From the NCBI GenBank assembly GCA_050273025.1, contig CP158635.1, positions 5,580,001 to 5,644,000 of the forward strand: a DNA stretch of 64,000 nt, read 5' to 3'. Below, piece after piece: positions 12,920 to 25,943 of this stretch. The notes beneath the pieces are model-generated. The model saw only the letters and a program-made list of their open reading frames with translations, was not told where the DNA came from and did not search any database. The translations under genes and the position numbers were made by a program. This DNA comes from Cenococcum geophilum (Eukaryota). Position 1 is the stretch's first letter. Every line of letters begins with the position of its first letter.

Positions 12920-14328
12920 ATGCCGAAGCGAAAACTTTCAGAGTTTCTTGATCATGATTTTGGTGATCAAGATAAGTCCTTCAGCCCAGCTCTCGCAAAG
13001 CAGAGGATCCTCTGTGAGGAAAGAATTGAGCATGGCAAGAAACTTCTACGTCGCGCCTTGAAGCTTGCGGCAGGTTTTGAACGGCAGAAATACAGCAGAC
13101 GGCGGAAAACTGCGAGACAGAATAATGACACTACCACTCTAGCACGGCTAGATACCGAGTACCAAGTCCTCAAAGTTCGTAGCAGCCAAGACACATCTCC
13201 CGAGGCACCTTTAGCTAACATTTATCCATTCGATAGAACCTTGACACCACAGCTGTCGCCGAGAACCACCTTTGCAAGACTCTACTCAAAATCAAAGCGA
13301 TTACCACCTCAGCCTCTTTCCCGGCCTCTGTTATAAAATCCGCCCAGCCAACCACAAACCATACATTTCTCAATGTCACTGCTCGCTTATACAAAGCAAA
13401 TCCCGTCCGAAAAGTCCTTGTCAATGTTATCTCTGATATACGGACTATACTTGGAGTAGAATATCCGGACTCGAGGACAGCTAAAGTCAGAAACAGTGAC
13501 AAGAGGGCCCCACAAGAATTACATGCGAAGGCTCACACTCTCGAAGAATGCGAATCCACCCACCAACTCCCCATGACCGATTTTTCTGCGAGACGGGCCT
13601 CTGTTCAACATGCTATGGCTAGCTTTAACGAACACGAAAGCGACGATTTTGCTGAATACGGTGCTCGGATAGCTAGCTCATCAGACAGTGACTCTGAAGA
13701 TAACAGCTTAGAAGTAAGGACTGCAAGGTCTGACTCAATTGATGCTGAAGACAAATATCGAAATCAATTCAATCCGTCGAGTGATCTCTCTCTATCTCCG
13801 TCAACAGCGACCTCACAGACTCCAGAACCACCAGGTAGGGCCAAAACCCTAGAGCGGTCCTCTTGTCTTCCCTTTAAATCAACCTTTCTTCCTTCTCTAA
13901 CAATGGGCGGCTATTGGTCCGGCTCAGAGTCAGCACCGGAAGATGACGTAGAAATAGCACCGAAAAAGAACAGGCGGGGGCAGCGGGCGCGACAACAACT
14001 CTGGGAGAAGAAGTATGGTGCAAGTGCTAAACATTTACAAAAACAGAAGAATAACGACAGGAACCAGGGATGGGATCTTCAGAGGGGCGCGCAATCAGAT
14101 GATGGGAGATACCGAAAACGAGCTTCGAAGCGAGGGAACATGTTACTCCGACGTGACTCGACGCAGAGAAGCGTTGCATCTGATGCGAACAAAGTTGAAG
14201 TCAACCCACGACGTTCTAGGCCGAGAGACGACGTGGGTTCGTTGCATCCATCCTGGCAGGCCGCCAAGTTGGCCAAAGAGAAGAAGCAGAACGCAAGTTT
14301 CCAGGGAAAGAAAACCGTTTTTGACTGA
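12920..14328 (+). CDS. BUD22: Bud22 family ribosome-biogenesis / bud-site-selection protein, 2 exons
   Basis: Exon 1 is 12920-13174. Intron 13175-13236 (gttcgt...gctaac...tag). Exon 2 13237-14328 is in frame. Motifs GFERQK, KKNRRGQRARQQLWEKKYG, LHPSWQAAKLAKE and C-terminal FQGKKTVFD. Confidence 0.92.
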
Positions 14329-15539
14329 AACTTGTCCCTTCCTCATTTCTCACACTTTTTCATCTTCAATCCTTAATTTCGGTATGGTTACTCCACAAGC
14401 CACGATTCCCCTTAGAATTCAGACTTAAGTAGTATATCGATCGAGCTTAGCCATCAAAAAATCTACGGAAGTGAATACCGTACAACACTTCTGTTATCTC
14501 ACGTATGTTACGACCCGTCATGTGTTACCAGTTTTCATTCGCCCATTAATTATGGCTGCCTTAAACATCTCGCATACTATAGAGCCTGGCGTACGAAATA
14601 CAGCATAGATTGTCGTGGCTCACTTCATGCTATCACCTCCACCCGTCTTCTCATAGTTTTATGCCTCCAGACACAATCTTCAGTGAGGAACAACTCAAGA
14701 TCTTCCCAAGCCTGAACTGAACATGTCCCACTAGAATTTGATGCCTTCTTTATATCTGAAAGCTAAACGCTTAAAACAGTTGAATCTTTCCGTACACCAA
14801 CTAGGTCCACACATCCGGGAAAGGATACCGTTCATTGTATTCATCGTACGGTGGGAGGACGAAGGGTCAATACTACCAATGGGTCAAGCGTAGACTCATA
14901 GGATAGGAAGTAATGGCTTTGACTTCATCCCGCCTCTGCTGCCTGTGCCTGCAGTTGCCGTGCGATTGTGCATGCTTTATGTATTATTTAAGCCAGCATC
15001 TCATCAGCCCAAGGGGAGGGTTTGTATAAGTTTCGCCACAGATTTAACCATTGTTCAATAACCGTCGATCTTCAATGGCATAAGCCTGTTTCTTGGCTCA
15101 TCCATATAGCTGACTCTAGGCCGTAAAACTAGCTTTACTCTATTCAACTCCCTTGGTTTTATATATCTCAACATCTCACTCCTCCAAGCCGTAACCCTAC
15201 GCATAAGTGCCTCAACCTGGCATATTTGTTGCGCTTCTTCATTATTGTTCGTTTAACATTGGATTTGTTTCTGCCTCGGTGTCGGTGGATTTAGGCAGAG
15301 ATGCACATAACTATTCTATTAGTTACATAAGTTATAATTGTTATATAATCTAACTAATCGTAATCATAATTAACCCTTGTGATTAGAATAATTAATATAA
15401 TCGCCGGCCGTAATAATGCGTAGGAATAGAATGTAGTAAAGCTTTAGTGTTAAAAAAGTTGCTTCTTATATGGTAGTAGTTGTGTATAATCTGGTCCCGT
15501 TGTTCAAAAAAGTGATTTCTAATTCTTCCGTGCACGGAC

Positions 15540-17360
15540 AAATACTTCTTAGAGTATTTCTATAAGGGTGTTAGACGGGTACCGAATTAGCTCTAAGACT
15601 CTTTTCTACTACTTAGGGTTCCTAGCTTTAACCCTTCTAATACTCTCTTTAAAAAAAGGTTTCTTTAAAGGTTAAGTCTACCCTATATTACTGCTAGAGT
15701 ACCCGCGCTTTTAGTAACCCTTTAGCTTTCTATTAGAAGGGTTCTAGTTCCTTACCGCGTCTTTAGTATTTAGAACCGCCTGTTTAAAATTAGTATATAT
15801 AGTAATCTATAATAGGGCTCCTACGCGCTTTATTTTATTATAAATTAACAGCTTAATTCTAGCCTAGATAAATCTAATCTTCTCTTACTTATAGATACTG
15901 CTATCCCAATTTTTAAAGGGCTCTAGACTTATCTATTACGCTTAATTTTCTATAAAGTTTATAAACTAGTGGAAATCTTTATTATTACGCTATATACTAT
16001 TCTAGAATTATTTTACGCTATTATAATATATAATATACGGATCCTATATCTAATTCTTTAAAAAGGTCTATAGCTATAGCTATATAATAATTTAATCTTT
16101 ATTAAGCTAATTAAGTATAACTTAGTTTAGTAATAGATCTTTAATCTTACTAATAATATATTAGGTATATTCTCTAGTATCGTCTTATATTACCAATATC
16201 TTAAAGAAGTTATCTACTTTAGGAACCTAATTATCTAAATTATAAGCCTTAAGTCTATAGCGGAGTTCTAGACTATTAGAGGCCTTAGTTAATTAGTTTA
16301 TATCTTTCTTCCGCTCGTTATATAGATACCTCTTTAAGTCTTTTATACCCCCTTAGGTTAGTATAAAGTAGCCCCTAAGGAGCCCTTAGTCCTAGGTCAG
16401 TTATAAAAAAAATTATTTAGCCTAAATTAAGATCTACTAGATCTAGCCTTACCCCTAAAGGTTTCTAATATATTTATTAGTAGCTCCTTCCTATATAGCT
16501 TCTAAGAGCCTTATAGTAGCTTTCTAATATCTTTCTTAAATAGGGATAGCTAGGGGCTTCTAATTTCCTAAACTTAGGCCTATAGAGACTCTAACTATTA
16601 GCGTAGTATTCGCGCTAGTAGCTAGTATAAGTCTTACTATAAGGCTTAAGTCCTAAGTTAGTAGTTATATTAGGTTACCTAAAGGGGTAAACCTAATTAG
16701 CTTATAAGCTGTCTATATATCGCTATTATATTAATTATAGGTTAGAGGTTCTCTAAAAGGGTTCCAGTTAGGTCCCTAATTAGATATATTAGTCTATTCT
16801 TCTAGTATTTCTAGCTTAAGGAAATATCTTAGAGTTATATATTACGCTTAATCTTCTAATTAGCCTAAGCTAAGCTAAATAAGTCTTAGCTGCTTTCTAA
16901 TGGTAGTATAACTATTATAGAGGTATCTACGTTTTTTTTTTATAAATATTATTAGTAACTATAGGTATATAAAAGTCCTTAAGCTCCTAGTATATTTATA
17001 TGCTAGAACTTATACTGCCGTCTTGCCTAAAGTCTTATATACTTATAATCTCTTACTATTAAGGGTGCCTTTTTACCTTATATCGGCGGCCTTTTATAGG
17101 GTATCCGTAGAGTTTTTATTTAGGTTATCTTGAGATTTTAAAAGAGGAATGGTTAATATAAATAAATAAGTAAATTAATAATCTCATTCTTTAGAGTCGA
17201 CTACTCTTCTAGAAGGAGTATAAAGGATTTAAATATAAGGGGACTTTATAGATAGGGGGCTATAAGGCACGATTATAGGAATAGAATGGATTGTAGGGAA
17301 GACGAATCCATGAGGTAAGGCCTTTAGGATTGGAGAGATTATATACTAAGGGTACGTACC
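15540..17360 (-). pseudogene. RIPed intron-containing gene of unknown family abutting the piggyBac relic
   Basis: Heavy RIP signature. Minus-strand intron-like segments gtagga...tactaat...acag (~15780-15824) and gtacgt...tattaac...caag (~17129-17359). Protein-like reading after RIP correction, but no recognisable TE motif. Confidence 0.35.
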
Positions 17361-19894
17361 TTTAATACGTAATTAATAACTATTTAATGGGTATCCCAAG
17401 GAAACTATAATAATATCCCTTATACCTAGTTAATTTAGATTAATCTTTTATAGAAAAAAAGCTTTTTAAAAGACGTAGGTAGTAGTCTTTAATTTACTCC
17501 TTTAAAATAACGCCAAAATAAAGAAACGCCTTTACCTACCTAATAAGCACGTTATATAGCTTAATAACCTATTTGTAAGCGTTAAGCTTCTTACTAAACT
17601 ACGAGGCCTTAGTATTAGAGTTATAGGAACCGTTTAAATATCTAAAATACAATGTAAAGAATAGGGGGATCTTAAAGGCGATCTTAAGGTGGCTCTAACT
17701 ATAAAAGGAAAGAAGAAGGTACCTATTAAGTAAATTAATAGGACGCTTATAGAGCTTAAATTAACCTATACGGCTTAAATACTATAGGGAAATTTGTATA
17801 TAGAGGTCTCTAAAAATAGGTAGGTAATAAAGTTTGTTTAAAAGAACGCTAATTATATAATTACAGCACCTATTATACCAACCGCGTGCTTACGCGTTCG
17901 GTACATCAACCACATATTTACGCGTTCGGTGCACTAACTACCCGCTTACGCGTCTAGTGCACTTCTAGAGCACTAACTAATTAAGGGGGAGGCGCATTAG
18001 TATATAGACTACGTAGTCTACTTTATATAATTAATAGTTACCACTATCCTAAAGAGTATACAATACTATATATATTTCGTGCCCTGGGATATAACTTACT
18101 TATACTATTAAGTTGGTATAAACACTAATTAGTAAGCGCGCATAGATTAGCAATCACTTAACACCTCCTACTAAGCGATCACGACAGCGACCACCCGTTT
18201 AGACTCCTAGTACAACCTACTAAAAGGTCGGAAGTTAAGGATTACGGACTTATCACTAACTCCGTATACTTATTTAAGTCTTAGTACGGTTTACTAAAAG
18301 TATAATAGACGCGAATATAGACCTGTATGGAACCCTTTACCCTTTTATAAACCGTTACGGACTTATTAATTACCTTTACGGACCGTTACGGAGACCTCCT
18401 ACCCCTCTGCGAACTACTACGGACCTATTAAGACCCCTTACGGACACCCTTACCCTTTTACGAACCGCTACGGACCCGTTAACTAATTTTACGGACCACT
18501 ATAAGACCTCTTCTACCTACTACGCACTATACTATATATATAGTATAGCAGATATTAGTAAGCAAGTTAATAAAGGTTAAGAAAAGTAGAGGTAGGGAGT
18601 TAACCTTATATCTATAACCGATATCAACAACTATATTAAATTTAAAGTTCTTAAATATAAATATTTTAAGCTTATAAATAATAACCTATAGGAGCAATAT
18701 TAGGAAGACTTTGTGGACTTTACGGAAGCCATTTTTAAGGCCTATAACCCTACTACCATCCGTAACCTACGAACTCTTTTACGTTACTAAGGCGTATAGG
18801 TTAAAAGGGATAAATAAGTTACTGTTGTATGGTTTTTATATAATATAATATATAAGAAGGACCAAATAGAATAAACTAAAGAGGAAATCCTAGACTAGGT
18901 TAAAGCTACTAAAGAACTCTTTACTTTTTCCAAACTTAATAGGATTGCTAGTCTTATACCTAACCTACTTAACTAAATCCGTCCTATAAACTTAAGCAGT
19001 TTTAGAATTAATTTTACGGGCTAAAGTATACCTAGTACTTAAGTTACGGACCGTAATACCCCCGTAACCCAAATTATGGACTATAATACTCCCGTAAACC
19101 AAAATACGGACTAAACCCCTTCTGTTATTTAAGTTATAGATCTATACACTATCTAAGTAAAGACTTATAGTAAGGAACTAGCTAACCTAGCTAAGCTCTA
19201 TACCGACGAATCTAAGTATAGCGGTGAAAACGATAACTTTAACTTTAAACTAACTATCTTTACGGACCTCTGTTAGAAGGCTAATATTCCTAAATAAGAG
19301 TTTAGCTAAGCCTACTCTACTATACTGCGCGGCCTAGCACTTAACTACTACTACACCAACCTTAAGAGTAACCCCCTTGGTGTTTCCTTTAATAAGCTAT
19401 ATAAAGCCATATATAACTACTTTAAAGAACTAGAATATAAGCGTAATATTCTTACCTAATAGAATGCGACTAAGTTACGGACCATAATAGATAAGAATAC
19501 TAAAAAATTGACTATAAAGTGCCTATAAATCCTTATTAAAGACCTCCGCCACCTATAGTACGGTCTTAATATTAAGCTTTAAATAGACGACTTCCTATAT
19601 AATAAACTTATTACGGCTTACTAGGAAATAGAACCCTGTAAATACACCTATTATAAGCCCGCAGACACTATAGCTGGCCTTATTAACAATTTACGGTCCT
19701 CTATTATAATGTATAAAGCCTTAAACCCACTAGGTAGTACTTAAGCCTTTATTACGGACCTACAAAAATTATAAACTAACTTAGATGCCTACTTTACGGA
19801 CTACCGCTACCGCTAGCAGCACCTATATTAACTAGGTCCTACCTATAACCCCTATAGCAACTTCTATATAAAAGTACACCCCCGCAAACAAACT

Positions 19895-22800
19895 TGTTTA
19901 TATCAACTTAATAATACAAGTAAGTCATATCCCGGGGCACGAAATACGTATAGTATCATATGCTCTTTAGGATAGTGGTAACTGTCGATTCTATTGAGGT
20001 AGACTACGTGGTCTATATACTAACGCGCCTCCCCCTAATTAGTTAGCACCTAAGTAGTTGGTGCACCAAACGCGTAACCACGCGTTTAGTGTACCACGTG
20101 CTGTAATTATACACTGGCGGTACTTGGAAATGACTTAATTATATCTAACCTCCGTAATTGCTTTAATGGAGCCGTAAAACATAAAAGAAATACATAGGAA
20201 ATCCCTCCCGAGGTGCCTTTTGGGCTGCCTTCCAAACGGTGCTCTAAGCTGGTCGTAAGTCCTACTTACGGTCCGTAAAGTAGACCGTACGGCCTTCCAA
20301 CGGGCCGTAAATGAACCATAAGTGCTCCGTTAGTCTCGTTCCACCCATTCTATAACCCTTAGGTTAAGCTTGTTTATGTCAATTAGGGTTTTAAGAGCTT
20401 AGCATAGCTTTACCTTAGTTATAGCGTCTACTAGGTTGTCTTCAGTGCTAATCCATTTAACCTCCGTAATCTCACATCGTTCGTAGGCCTAATGTAAGCA
20501 TATTAGGTTGACCATAAGCCTCTTCTTCTATATTATACCTAGTTTAACTAGGCAGTTATAGAGGGACTTTAAATTAGTATATAAAACCAGGGGTAGCTGC
20601 TCCAATTATAGGATCTTCTAGATTGTTAATTTGATTGCGGCTACTATATTAAAGCCATAGGCTAGTATATATAGTTTAGAAGCTAGTACGCTACGGGTTA
20701 CTCATTTGCATTTAATTAAAGACCAATATAGTATATTTGCGTCCTAATTATAGTCCGTAAGTACAATTACGAAGCCAATTTGCGATAATAGGTCCCTATT
20801 ATTGGCAAAGGAGGCGTCCATAAATACTATTACGCTAAGGGAATTTAGGTCTAGTGGTACAAAAGTAAATCCTCTTATTATATTATTAATTTGCCACTAA
20901 ATACGCTTATTTAGCTGCTTAATATCTTCCTCTTGCGGATCTATTACCTGGGCCGCAAAGGATAAGTTATAGGCAGATTTGGGTTAATAGACTATAGTAA
21001 TATAGGCGCCTCTTGCACGCTATGCGACGTATTAGTCCTTTATATTTACGGTTTTACGGGTCTCTTTATAGGAACTAGTAAGGTCCGTAGGCTTTACTAT
21101 AACAAGCCTTAGGTTTTAAGTTTAGCGTTCCTAAGTTAACTAGATTAGGTTACCCTTTTATATAATTAAGCCTCTATTAAACTTAACTAGGGTCTACTTA
21201 GTTAACTGCTTTTATAGCTTTGCTAGGAACTTAGCCTTTTATAATTTATTCTCTTTAGTATCCGTAAAAGTCCGGTCCGCTATAAAGAGGGTATTATCCG
21301 TTTAGAGTCTAATAATATTAAGGCCGTTTAATAGTGTATATAGAAGGCAGGGGTTATAGGTCGACTGTTCCGTTTTAAGTTTACGGATATAATGCTGGTA
21401 GTATGTCTTAAACTAGTGGTTTCTAGCTTCTAGCACTCTATAAAGGGGTTTTATAACCCATAAAATTGTTCCTAGTTATAAGTTAAGCTTAAGGGGTAGT
21501 CGTATAAAGATGTCCCTACTTAGGTAGGTATTGGATTATATATAGGCTTATAAGATGTCCCGTAAGTAGAGGGCTATAGGCTTAGTTTACTATAGTCCAG
21601 GCGTAAGTATAAGTATAATCTATTAACTAACTTGTTAAATTATGGGCGATTGCATAAGGACTAAGCCCTTTCCCTAGTTGTTGTAGGCTTATATAATAAG
21701 CCTTAACTTCTTAAAGGCTTTATTAGTACTAGGGTGCTTAATCTTATTAATAAAGCGTAAGTTAAATATACGAACGCCTTACGGAACGTCTTTCTCCGTT
21801 ATAACCGTAAAGACGCCCTTCTTAAGTAGTCCGTTGATCTCTTTGCGTTATAAGTCCGTAAAAGGGGTTTCTTATACTAGAACTAATATATCCGCAGGCG
21901 GAGATTACTTTACGGATATACTTACGGAGGTTAGGTAGTTCTTTATTATAGGGTTCTCCGTTATAGGGTGCTTTCGGGGGCGTCCTCGGCCACACTTTAC
22001 GGTAGGTTTAGTAGGTTTATGGGGGACTTCTAGAGTAGGTAGGGGTGTTTCTAGTTCATCTGGTTTGGCGGGTGCTTCCAGTTTATCTAGTTTAATAGTA
22101 TAGGTATTTTTGGACCGAAAATAGGGTTTTATAGATATGCTTCTAAAGTTAGTTAGTCCGCTAGGGAGTTATATATAATATATTTCGTCTTCTATAGCTA
22201 GTAAACGGTAAGGTCCAGTTTAATTACCGCTTTTACGCTATATAAGGACTTTAGAATTAAGCAAGAGGTTATAAACTAAAGTTATATTAGGTCCGTTGCG
22301 GTAATATAGAGCGCTGTTAATGGCTTATTTGGCCCGTAATTTGACTATTTCGGCTATTGCCTTCCGTATTGCAGCTGCTTGTTCCGTAATAGACGGGGCA
22401 GCAAGGCCTAGGTTGCTTATTCTTAGGTAGGCTCCGTAAACTAAGAGGGTAGGTACTAATCCGTTAGGGCTAGCGGTGTTATTAATGGCTTTTACGGCTA
22501 TCTATAAAGCCAGTTCCTTTTAAATGTCCTTATACTTGTCCGTAATAATCTAATAAGCTCTCTATAGGGCTAGGTAAGCTCGCTTAATAAGCCTAATAGA
22601 CTAGTACGCCTTAACTGGAATGGCTTTTATTAAAATAGCTATGGCTATAGTATACTATTGGAATTCCTTGCTAATAAAGTTCCTATTAGCGTCGTGGGTA
22701 ATATACTTAGGAGGTCTAAGGTATGTATTAATCTAGTAGGTTCGTAAAATGTCTTAAATATATTTTGCGGATATATTTTATAACTAACGGGCGGCTTAAT

Positions 22801-25800
22801 AGCGGGTTGCCTCGTTAATTATATATAATACTAGACTGCCGTTAATATATATAATGTCCACGTATACTAAGTAGTTGAAGTTAAGGTCCTTATAAAGGGT
22901 AAACTTAAATCTACTTAGGGAACGTCCGTATTTCTAGCAAAAAGAGCAGTATTTAGTTAGGTGGTCAATTGCCTTCCTATTAACGTCGTTATGTCTAGAG
23001 CGTTTAAGGACTCTATATAGCTTTTTGGCTAATAGGTGGCCAAAGCGGCGGTATAGTTGGTGGATTTTAGTACTAGTAAGGTAGCACGGGTTATAGTTAA
23101 AAGATTCCTAAATATAGGTCCGTAAAGTCTCTCCCTATATAAGGAATGGGTGTCTAAATCGTTGTATAATTAGTAGGGTGATATACTTACTTTCTAGGGT
23201 AGTTGCGGGGCCAATTACGGTGTCCGTAACATTATTATAGTAAACTTATAACCTATCTATATCCGTAAAATAGAGTAGAAAAGGGGTATCCGCTTTTACT
23301 ACGTGGAAGTTAACTAGGCTAATTAGGGTCTTAACTGCTACTAATCTAATTAATATAGTTGAGCCAATGCCGAATTGGACGTTTATGGCCCCAGTTTGCA
23401 TAGTATTAATGTCCGTATTATTATTTATGGTGGTCTTATATATAAGGTATTATCTATAACCTACAGTAGATTTCTTAGAGGCACCTATATTAATTATAAC
23501 GCCGTAGAATTCTTTAGGGGTGTAGCGTTTAGTAGTAATATATACAAATAGGTCCTGTTTGCGGTCCGTAACGTCTATAACAGGTCTAATAGGTGTATTT
23601 ATAGGCTAGTTTTTGGGTGCAATTAAGTGTATAAAGGAGCGGTTAGCTAATACGGTCGTAATATTAAAGGCTTAGCTGTCCGTAAAAGGTCCGAAAGTAG
23701 TTAGGAACGTCTCTAAGGTCTCCTGTTCCTAAGTATCTAAGTTAAAGTTAATTATAAGGGCTTCTATTAACTTATTAGGAGGCTCTTCCGCTTTCTTTCC
23801 TTTGTATTCTAAAATAAACTAGTTAATACGGTTATTAAGTCTCTTCCTAGACTTGGTATATTCTTCCTGGGTATGCCTTATAGACTAACATCCTTCCTTG
23901 CCGCATATAAAGCACTTTTGGCTGGTTTGTCTGCGGGGGTATGCTTTTGTACAGGAGTTGCTGTGGGGGTTATGGGTAGGACCTAGTCGATATAGGTGCT
24001 GCTAGCGGTAGCGGCGGTCCGTAAAGTAGGCGTCTAAGTTAGTTTATAGGTTTTGCAGATCTGTGATAAAGGCTTAGGTACTATCTAGCGGGTTTAAGAC
24101 TTCGTACGTTATAATAGAGGACCATAAATTATTAATAAGACTAGCTACGGTGTCTGCGGGCTTATAGTAGGCGTATTTATAGGGTTCTACTTCCTAGTAA
24201 GCTGTAATAAGCTTGTTATATAGGAAGTCGTCCATTTGAAGCTTAATATTAAGGCCGTGCTATAGGTGCCGGAGGTCTTTAATAAGAATTTACAGGCACT
24301 CTATAGTTGACTTTTTGGTATTCTTATTGATTATAGTCCGTAACTTGATCGCATTCCATTAGGTAAGGATATTACGCCTATATTCTAGCCCTTTAAAGTA
24401 GTTATATATAGCTTCGCATAGCTTATTAAAGGAGACACTAAGGGGGTTACTCTTAAGGTTAGTGTAGTAGTGGTTAAGGGCTAGGCCGCGCAGTATAGTG
24501 AAATAGGCTTGGCTGAATTCCTATTTAGGAATATTAGCCTTCCAATAGAGGTCCGTAAAGATAGTAAGTTTAAAGTTAAAGTTATTATTTTTACCGCTAT
24601 ATTTGGATTCGTTGGTATAGAGCTTAGCTAAGTTAGCTAGTTCCTTACCGTAGGTCTTTACTTAAGTAGGTTACGGATCTATAACTTAGGTAGTTTGTGG
24701 ATCTATAGCTTGGGTAACGGGAGGGTTTTAGTCCGTATTTTAGTTTGCGGGGGTATTACGGTTCGTAATTTAGGTTACGGGGGTATTGCGGTCCGTAACT
24801 TAAGTACTAGGTATGCTTTAGCCTATAAAATTAATTCTAAAATTGCTTAGGTTTATAGGACAAATTTAGTTAAGTAGGTTAGGTATAAGGCTAGTAATGC
24901 TATTAAGTTTAGAAGAAGTAAAGAGTTTATTAGTGACTTTAACCTAGTCTAGGATTTCCTTTTTAGTCTATTCCGTTTAGTCCTCCTCTTATATTATATT
25001 ATATAAAGACCGTATAATAGTAACATGTTTATCCTTTTTAACCTATATACCTTAGTGACGTAAAAGGGTTCGTAGGTTACGGATAGCAGTAGGGTTATAA
25101 GTCTTAAGAATATCTTCCGTAAAGTCCGCAAAGTCTTCTTTATATTGCTCCCACAGGTTGTTATTTATAAGCTTAAAATATCCGTATTTAAGGATTTTGT
25201 ACTTAATATAGTTGTTAACATTAGCTATAGACGTAAGGTCAACTCCTTGTCTCCATTTCTCTTGACCTTTATTAATCTGCTTGCTTATGTCTGCTATACT
25301 ATATAGTATAGTACGTAGCGGGTAGTAGTAGCTTGTAACGGGTGGGGGAGGTCTTATAACGGTCCGTAAAATTAATTAAAGGGTCTATAATAGTTTAAGA
25401 GGTCTTATAATGGTCCGTAACGGCGATTAATAGGTCCGTAATGGTTTATAGGGGGGTAAGGGGTTTCCGTAAAAGGTCTAAAAGGGTTTAAAGTTTAAGG
25501 GGTTAAGGATAGGGGGTTCCGTAAGGGTCTATATTCGCATCTATAAACTTCCGGTAAACCATACTAAGACTTAAATAAGTATATAGAGTTGGTGATAGTT
25601 CTGTAATCCCTAGCTTCCAACCTTTTAATAGGTTGTACTAGGAGTCTAAATAAGTAGTTACTGTTATGTATCGCTTAGGGGGAGGTATTAAGTAATTGCT
25701 AATCTGTGCGCGCTTACTAATTAGTGTTTATATTAACTTAATGATATAAGTGAGTTATATCCCGGGGCACGAAATACGTATAGTATCATATACTCTTTAG

Positions 25801-25943
25801 GATGGTGGTGACTGTCAATTCTATTAAGGTAGACTACGTGGTCTATATACTAACGCGCCTCCCCCTAAAAAGTCAGCACTTAAGTAGTTGGTGTACCAAA
25901 CGCGTAACCACGCGTTTGGTGTACTACGTGCTATAATTATACA
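19895..25943 (-). mobile_element. Ty1/copia LTR retrotransposon (copia B), same family as copia A, inserted antisense into its gag
   Basis: 219-bp LTRs 19895-20113 and 25725-25943; TSD AAACT (19890-19894 / 25944-25948). Internal region is the reverse-complement homologue of copia A; zinc knuckle CFICGKEGCWS.RH ~23873-23915. Confidence 0.96.

Noticed and set aside
14600..15250. Minus-strand gene remnant
   Set aside because: Short broken frames with no recognisable motif.
15253..15380. Left piggyBac terminus (TTAACATT at 15253 or TTAACCCT at 15370)
   Set aside because: Neither forms a convincing TIR with the candidate right end at 32195.
15302..15486. Solo LTR
   Set aside because: Weak inverted ends but no matching TSD.
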